Positions 58,107 to 64,000 of a stretch of DNA of 64,000 nucleotides are shown one piece after another. Position numbers and translations under genes: made by a program. Within the stretch, counting starts at the first letter, position 1, and the number at the start of each line of letters is the position of its first letter. Origin of the DNA: Fimbriimonadia bacterium. GTDB lineage: Bacteria; Armatimonadota; Fimbriimonadia; Fimbriimonadales; JABRVX01. The notes under the pieces were generated by a model. That model was not told where the DNA came from, did not search any database, and worked only from the letters and a program-made list of their open reading frames with translations. The stretch is taken from contig JBGPGO010000003.1 in NCBI GenBank assembly GCA_041483895.1, forward strand, positions 64,001 through 128,000, given 5' to 3'.

Positions 58107-59483
58107 TTAGTTGAGCGACATTGAATTTTGAGAGTGCGCGAGGCGGCCGAAGCGGAGCTCATCGGCCTCCGCGGGGTCTAGAAAAAGCGTGAAATTGTTG
58201 AGAGCCAGGTCCTCGCCGTGCGGGACAGTCTCCACTACAATTACTGCGGGATTAGGTAACGATGGATGCTGCACTGTAGAAAAATAATGGCCGTAAATTT
58301 GCCCCGTGGCGTCCTCCTTGATCCAGACCTCCAAGGGATTTTGCAGGGTCGGCTCCACCCAGTCCATGAATCGCAGCTGGTCCTCATTGGGATCGATCTG
58401 TCGCAGCTCTTCGACGGACGCCCTCGACCCGACCTCGCTAAACGGCGTGCCGAACAGCTGCGGGAACGGCGGCAGCATCGTGTACCAGTCTTTCGCCTCT
58501 TCCCCCATGCGCCAGCCGAATGACTGGATTGGTGACGATTTGCGGTCAATGATTCGTTGCAGCGCGCCGGATGAAAAGAAGACATGATCGTCGTAGAATG
58601 CCTCATCGAGGGCTTTCATTTCGGTGGCAATCTCGGCGGCGATTTTTTCCGGTAGCCTGCGGTCGCGAGAGGCGGCAAACGCTTCGCGATCCGCATGAAA
58701 TCCTTCCTCTTCGGAACCTTGCAATAGCACGCCGAGTCCGGCCGCCCGCCCCCATTTCAGCGCACCGGAACCGACAACGTACCCCACCGCGTCCGGCAGC
58801 ATGCGCATGCCGTTCAGATTCTCCGTAATCAGCAGTGCGGCCACGAGCGTTCGTGCCGGATGGAACTGCTCCAACATCGCCCTCGCGCGCTCCAATGCGC
58901 CGGCGTATGCCAGGTTGCCGATCAGGTAGATGCAGTCTTTGCCTTCGATACCGTCCGGCTCGATGCGGCAGCCGAACCAATCCGCGAGCGCCAAAGCGGG
59001 CGCCACCGATTCCTGATCGTGCGCCAGAACGGTGGAGGGATGAAGATCGGTTTTTCCAATCGATTCGGCCAACCGCCGCAGCTGCACGGCGACATCGTTG
59101 ACTCCCAGGTCCAATATCGCGTGGTCGCGGATATAGAGCCCGTCATCTTCTTTTCCGCCCAACACAAGAGCCAGCTCATTGAACTGCAATATCTGGTTCC
59201 AGTCGCGCAGGTTCTCGACGCGCATCGGGCCGGTTGGGGGCTTGCTGAGCGTCTCAGGGTGACCGTTTTCCAGCGCTTTGAAATAGCCGGTCCAAAGCCG
59301 GCTGAGGGAGGTGGTCGCGCTCTTGCCGTCCTTGATGAATCGCCGCACTTCCTGCCGCACGTCGGTGGGCAGGTCCGAAAACGGACGGTGCTCCGCCATA
59401 GCCGCGACAACCGGCAGCCACCACTCCGGATCGGCCCGGGCCTCGAGCACCGTATCAACCAAGCATTTCAGATAGACCGACAA
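58107..59483 (-). CDS. Hypothetical protein with possible C-terminal PBECR2-like domain
   Basis: FMDWVEPTLQNPLEVW...HYF...LRFGRL at the C-terminus. Confidence 0.6.
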   Translation of the reverse strand: MSVYLKCLVDTVLEARADPEWWLPVVAAMAEHRPFSDLPTDVRQEVRRFIKDGKSATTSLSRLWTGYFKALENGHPETLSKPPTGPMRVENLRDWNQILQFNELALVLGGKEDDGLYIRDHAILDLGVNDVAVQLRRLAESIGKTDLHPSTVLAHDQESVAPALALADWFGCRIEPDGIEGKDCIYLIGNLAYAGALERARAMLEQFHPARTLVAALLITENLNGMRMLPDAVGYVVGSGALKWGRAAGLGVLLQGSEEEGFHADREAFAASRDRRLPEKIAAEIATEMKALDEAFYDDHVFFSSGALQRIIDRKSSPIQSFGWRMGEEAKDWYTMLPPFPQLFGTPFSEVGSRASVEELRQIDPNEDQLRFMDWVEPTLQNPLEVWIKEDATGQIYGHYFSTVQHPSLPNPAVIVVETVPHGEDLALNNFTLFLDPAEADELRFGRLAHSQNSMSLN

Positions 59484-59492
59484 ACCGTTCTC

Positions 59493-59888
59493 CTACTCGG
59501 CGACAACCGCATCCGCCTCAATCTCGACCAGCATCCTGGGGTCTATGAGGCGGGAAATCTGTACCATGGATGTGGCCGGGCGGATGGAGCCGAAAAATTC
59601 GCCGTGCGCGCGTCCGACCTCTTCCCAATCATCCATATTAATTACGTACATGCGGGTGCGGATTACGTCTTCCAGCCGCGCTCCGGCCTTTTCCAGTGCA
59701 CTCTGAATGTTCATGAGCGTCCGCCGCGTCTGCGCGTACGGATCCCCGACGCCATCAATCTCACCCGTTTCCGTCGTCGCCGTCGTGCCGGAGACGCTGA
59801 CAAACGGGCCGATCCGCACCGCCCGCGAATATCCCACAATCGGTTCCCACTTCTGCCCGGAGCTAATATTTTGCCTTGTCCAATTCAT
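59493..59888 (-). CDS. RidA/YjgF family protein
   Basis: [43 protein letters not shown]. Confidence 0.93.
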   Translation of the reverse strand: MNWTRQNISSGQKWEPIVGYSRAVRIGPFVSVSGTTATTETGEIDGVGDPYAQTRRTLMNIQSALEKAGARLEDVIRTRMYVINMDDWEEVGRAHGEFFGSIRPATSMVQISRLIDPRMLVEIEADAVVAE

Positions 59889-59983
59889 ACCGCATTGTAT
59901 CTCCCTCCATGGTCCAGATGGGACAGCGCTCCCATCGGGTATGCTTGTAAGCGATGGAACATATCTTGCTGGAGAACGGGTGC

Positions 59984-60547
59984 ATGCCTGCAAAGCGGCA
60001 GCTTATCCGTAAGGCAATTCTGTTCGCTGCTCTCATGGCATTGCTTGGTGCGTGCGCGAAGCCTCACGATCCGGCGCTCAAAGGATGGTATGAATTCCGG
60101 CCGGCGGGCAAAGGGTTCACCGTCATGGTGCCCAACAAACCGACAACGCTTAGTTTAAGCAAGAGTTCGGCCCGGATTCAGTTTTGCGATTGGCACACTA
60201 GCACTTTGGCAAACATATACGAAGTCGTTGAATGGACGTCCGATCCGAGCGATACATCTCCAGATACGGACAGAGAGGTGCACCGAATATCAAGCGACCA
60301 CATCACCGAATACTTAACCGCTGTACGCATCGATTCCTATTCAGAAGTGAAACGGGAGGCCTTACCCTGCGGAGCCGGCTGGGGGCTGATTGTCGTACTG
60401 CGTCAAAAGAACAGGGTTACCCTGTACACGCTGACCGTGAAGCAAAAGGACCGCACCGTTTTTCTCTGTGCATCAACGATCGATGACGGGACGAACGGGC
60501 TCGCGATTTTGGCCTCATTCCATAGATTTGAGATGGACCCGCGGTAG
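59984..60547 (+). CDS. Putative lipoprotein
   Basis: Lipobox [19 protein letters not shown] upstream. Confidence 0.7.
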   Translation: MPAKRQLIRKAILFAALMALLGACAKPHDPALKGWYEFRPAGKGFTVMVPNKPTTLSLSKSSARIQFCDWHTSTLANIYEVVEWTSDPSDTSPDTDREVHRISSDHITEYLTAVRIDSYSEVKREALPCGAGWGLIVVLRQKNRVTLYTLTVKQKDRTVFLCASTIDDGTNGLAILASFHRFEMDPR

Positions 60548-60612
60548 CCTGCCGCGACCGCTCCGGCTGGCTCTGTCGAAGCCGGGTCTGGCATCGGGTA
60601 CGCTTGCGAATA

Positions 60613-61533
60613 GTGAAACATATCGTCTCCATCAGCCTCGGCTCCAGCAAGCGCGACAAGATCGCCAACGCGACCCTGTTCGGCGAGGAGTTCCTGATCG
60701 AGCGTCGCGGCACCGACGGGGACCTCGCGAAGTTCGGCCAACTGTTCGGCGAGCTGGACGGCAAGGTGGATGCCCTGGGGGTTGGAGGCGCGGATATGTA
60801 CCTTTGGGTGCGAGACCGAAGATACACCTTCCGCCAGATCGCCTGGTTGGTTGCCACCGCCAAGAAGACTCCGGTTGTGGACGGCAGCGGCCTCAAAAAC
60901 ACCCTGGAGCGCCGCACGGTCCAGTACATCCAAGAGCACAACATTCTGCCGCTGAAAGAGATGAAGGCGTTCCTGGTGATGGCGGTGGACCGATTCGGGA
61001 TGGCGCAGGCGCTGGAAAAGGCATGCAAAGAGGTGATCTTCGGCGACCTGATTTTCGGACTCGGCTTGCCCATCCCATTGAAAAGCTACTCCGGCGTGGC
61101 GTTCTTCGGCAAGCTCACGCTGCCCATCGTCACGCGGCTGCCTTTCAAATGGTTCTATCCCACAGGAGAAAAGCAGGAAACGCACAGCCCAAAAGGGGAG
61201 AAGTATTTCCGCTGGGCAGACCTCGTCGCCGGCGATTGGCACTACATCAAGCGTCACATGCCCTACGACATGATGGGCAAATCCATCCTGACCAACACCC
61301 TGCGAAAAGCCGATTACGAGATGTTGGAAAAGGCGGGAATCAAGACGGTGATCACGACCACGCCCGAGGTGGACGGCGAGACCTTCGGCACGAACGTGAT
61401 GGAAGGCGTGCTCGTCGCCATGCTCGGCAAGCGGCCCGAGGAATTGACCGAACAGGACTACGTCAGCGCCTTGGAACGACTGCACTGGAAGCCGAATATC
61501 GTCGAGTTCGGCAAGGTGGGCGTCAAAGTATGA
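60613..61533 (+). CDS. Uncharacterised protein of the family often labelled 'quinate 5-dehydrogenase'
   Basis: VSISLGSSKRD, RRGTDGD, DGKVDALGVGG, VDGSGLKNTLE, YPTGEKQ, FGTNVMEG. Confidence 0.8.
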   Translation: MKHIVSISLGSSKRDKIANATLFGEEFLIERRGTDGDLAKFGQLFGELDGKVDALGVGGADMYLWVRDRRYTFRQIAWLVATAKKTPVVDGSGLKNTLERRTVQYIQEHNILPLKEMKAFLVMAVDRFGMAQALEKACKEVIFGDLIFGLGLPIPLKSYSGVAFFGKLTLPIVTRLPFKWFYPTGEKQETHSPKGEKYFRWADLVAGDWHYIKRHMPYDMMGKSILTNTLRKADYEMLEKAGIKTVITTTPEVDGETFGTNVMEGVLVAMLGKRPEELTEQDYVSALERLHWKPNIVEFGKVGVKV

Positions 61534-62633
61534 ATTTCGGCTTCGTTCTGCACCCGATGGATGCCCGGCGCGATGCCGCCCGCCGCTACCCGATTGCCAA
61601 ATACCTTCCCGGCGCCATCGTCGAGCAGTTGTTGGCGCGCAAGGGATCGATTTTCGTTTCCGACATCACCGGCGTTCGGTCCGATACCGGTGCGACGACG
61701 GAAGGCTGCTTCGTCGGTTGCCCACTAACTCCGCGGATGATGAAGCGGATGCCGCTGGAGGAATGCTACAAACGCATCGTCGCCACCGTGGAAATGGCCG
61801 CGGAGCACGGCGCGAAGGTGGTTGGGCTTGGGGCCTTCACGGCGGTGATCGGCGATGGGGGAATTACCGTTGCGGAGCGCTCATCCGTCGCGGTCACAAC
61901 CGGCAACTCCTATACGGTCGCCACCGCCATCGAAGGGGCGTTGGAGGCGGCACGGGTGATGGCAATTCGGCCTTGCGAGGCCAAGCTTGCCGTGGTCGGC
62001 GCGACCGGTTCCATCGGAAAGACCTGCGCGCAGATCATGGTGCCGCAATTCGCGGAGACGGTGCTGATTGGAAGAGACCGCGCCCGGACGGAAGCGGTCA
62101 TCGAATCGTTCCATTTCGGCCCAGATATTCGCATCGCTGCGACCACCGACGTGGCGGAAGGCCTGCGGGATGCCGACGTGATCATCACGGTCACCAGTGC
62201 GGCGGAGGCGATCATCCATCCCCATCATCTCAAAACCGGCGCGGTCGTCTGTGATGTGGCCCGGCCGCGGGACGTTTCGCGGCGCGTGGCCGATAAGCGC
62301 AACGACGTGCTTGTCGTTGAGGGGGGCGTGGTGTCGGTCCCTGGCGACGTGGAGTTCGGATTTGATTTTGGCTTCCCTCCGAGGACCGCCTACGCCTGCA
62401 TGTGCGAAACGATGATTTTGGCGTTGGAGGAGCGAGCGGAGAGCTTCACGGTCGGGAAAGATGTGTCGGTGGAGCAGGTACGGGAGATGAGCGCGCTTGC
62501 CCAAAAACACGGCTTCCGACTCGCGGGCTTCCGCAGCTTCGAACGGGCCATATCCAATGCGGAGATCGAGCGGATCGCCCGAAACGCGGGCCGTTTCAAA
62601 GGCGGATATGGTGTCGAGCCCGCTCGATCGTAG
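61530..62633 (+). CDS. COG5322 dehydrogenase (acyl-ACP reductase-like)
   Basis: FGFVLHP, GLGAFT, TTGNSYT, VVGATGSIG, CDVARPRD, YACMCET; start overlaps the upstream stop. Confidence 0.85.
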   Translation: MNFGFVLHPMDARRDAARRYPIAKYLPGAIVEQLLARKGSIFVSDITGVRSDTGATTEGCFVGCPLTPRMMKRMPLEECYKRIVATVEMAAEHGAKVVGLGAFTAVIGDGGITVAERSSVAVTTGNSYTVATAIEGALEAARVMAIRPCEAKLAVVGATGSIGKTCAQIMVPQFAETVLIGRDRARTEAVIESFHFGPDIRIAATTDVAEGLRDADVIITVTSAAEAIIHPHHLKTGAVVCDVARPRDVSRRVADKRNDVLVVEGGVVSVPGDVEFGFDFGFPPRTAYACMCETMILALEERAESFTVGKDVSVEQVREMSALAQKHGFRLAGFRSFERAISNAEIERIARNAGRFKGGYGVEPARS

Positions 62634-63870
62634 ATTTCTCAATCGCCTATTTCTCATCGTTGGCATCGCGCTTGTTCTTCGGCTTGCCAATCTCGTCCAT
62701 CTGACAGAACCGTTCAGCGATGAACCGGCGTACATCAACATCGCCCATACGCTTTTGCGCGGCGAGGGCTTCCATGAGGGCCCGATCTATGCGTATCGCT
62801 ACCCCGGATACGTCTGGTTTCTCGCCGGAGGATTTTGGACGTTTGGCGGCAGGGAAGGGGTGGTCGCGGCACAGTCGGTTCTCGGCGCGGCGACGGTTCT
62901 ATTGTTTGGGATCATCGTTCGGCGCAAGCTTGGCGATGTCGCCGCCCTGTTTGCCTCGACAGCCCTCGCCATCTACGTCCCTTTCGTCCGTCTTCCGGCC
63001 CGCATGTACACGGAGAACCTGTTTTTCTTCTTGCTGCTGGTGGTCTGGTGGCTGCTGGAGCGGCCGGGCAATAAACTCACTTGGCAGAATGCGGTCGTCG
63101 CGGGTCTCCTTGCCGGATACGCTGTGTTGACCCGCGAGGTGTTCCTCCTCATGATGGCGATCTACGTCATTTCTCGCCTGGTGGCCGCGCCAAAGGAATG
63201 GAAGCCGATCGCCGTCTTTGTTCTGTGCGCTATCGCCGTCGTCGCGCCGTGGACCGTGCGAAATTATCAACTGTTCGGTCGCTTCGAGCCGGTCACTACG
63301 AACCTCTGGGCGAACATTTACATGGGGAACAACGAAAAGGCGGACGGCAGATACCCGGTCCTTGCCTCGCACGAGCCTCCCTATCTGTGGCGCCTTCCAC
63401 ATGGACAGATTGCCTCGTCGCCATACTTCGAGATTGCCGTCCAGGATGTTCAGAAGCGGGAAGTGGCTCGCTATTGGAGGGGGCACACTGCCGAGGCCCT
63501 GATGCTGTCGCTCAAGAAGGCGGCCCTCTCTTGGTACCCGCCGATCTTCTTGGACGTCACCCTCCATTCGCCCCTCGACCAGTTCGCCACCGGTGTGTGG
63601 GCGGCGATGTACATTGTTCTCTTCGTCCTCAGCGCTTACGGCTTTTTGCGCGGCGCGCCGCCGCTTCGCGACAACATCTTGGCCTACACGCTGCTGGTCG
63701 TCCCGATGGTCGCGATGGTCATCACCTATGTCATCGCCCGATACCGTTTCCCCGCGGAACTGGCCCTCATCTACTTCGCTTCGAACGGCTATATTGCGCT
63801 GCTGACTCGGCAGGGACCTGGCGACGTCCTGACCGGGGCTGGCCAATTCTCGACCCCGAAGCCCACGTAG
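62608..63870 (+). CDS. GT-C fold glycosyltransferase (ArnT/PMT family 39-like)
   Basis: SDEPAY, YRYPGY, TENL, PWTVRNY, GNN, RYRFP; many TM helices. Confidence 0.88.
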   Translation: MVSSPLDRRFLNRLFLIVGIALVLRLANLVHLTEPFSDEPAYINIAHTLLRGEGFHEGPIYAYRYPGYVWFLAGGFWTFGGREGVVAAQSVLGAATVLLFGIIVRRKLGDVAALFASTALAIYVPFVRLPARMYTENLFFFLLLVVWWLLERPGNKLTWQNAVVAGLLAGYAVLTREVFLLMMAIYVISRLVAAPKEWKPIAVFVLCAIAVVAPWTVRNYQLFGRFEPVTTNLWANIYMGNNEKADGRYPVLASHEPPYLWRLPHGQIASSPYFEIAVQDVQKREVARYWRGHTAEALMLSLKKAALSWYPPIFLDVTLHSPLDQFATGVWAAMYIVLFVLSAYGFLRGAPPLRDNILAYTLLVVPMVAMVITYVIARYRFPAELALIYFASNGYIALLTRQGPGDVLTGAGQFSTPKPT

Positions 63871-64000
63871 CTCGTACTGGCGGGCAACGGAACCTAGCCG
63901 ACCCAGACTGCGTAATCCGTGTTATAATCAGGAATTCGACGCGGTGGGGCAAAATACCCAATTTGGGGTGAACGAAACGGTCCTCGCAGAACGTCGAACC

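Noticed and set aside
57988..58110. Sigma28 promoter for the flagellin-like gene
   Set aside because: TAAAGTT is present, but there is no GCCGATAA-like -10 at the right spacing.
60468..62633. 721-aa fusion ORF
   Set aside because: The N-terminal half is an off-frame shadow of the 60613 gene; the real start is ATG 61530.

Overview
A gene-dense, GC-rich bacterial chromosomal segment, most consistent with Armatimonadota. This is an inference from a DUF1559/H-X9-DG prepilin-like protein, PEP-CTERM proteins and exported proteins with dockerin-like tails. Housekeeping genes include tRNA-Val(GAC), dusB, pepF, thiN with a solute symporter, lepB, an ECF sigma/anti-sigma pair, pyrR-pyrB-pyrC-carA, rpsT, mqnC and a comM/yifB ATPase. 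They are interleaved with many exported hydrolases and short, visibly AT-richer inserts. The most interesting signals are non-coding. (1) A promoter- and terminator-bounded, heavily base-paired ~420-nt region with no credible ORF, a candidate unannotated ncRNA (12053-12471). (2) A family of four dispersed ATCCCT..AGGGAT palindromes with compensatory changes. (3) A RAYT transposase with GTAG-tagged ~56-bp REP units, one covarying copy of which lies just upstream of rpsT. (4) A duplicated promoter/operator/leader module ahead of two unrelated surface-protein genes. (5) Recurrent leaderless gene architecture. At protein level, three unrelated exported proteins share a ~140-aa 'HWL + dockerin-like' C-terminal module, which may be an uncharacterised surface-assembly or sorting system. 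All calls come from reading motifs by eye; no database searches were run.
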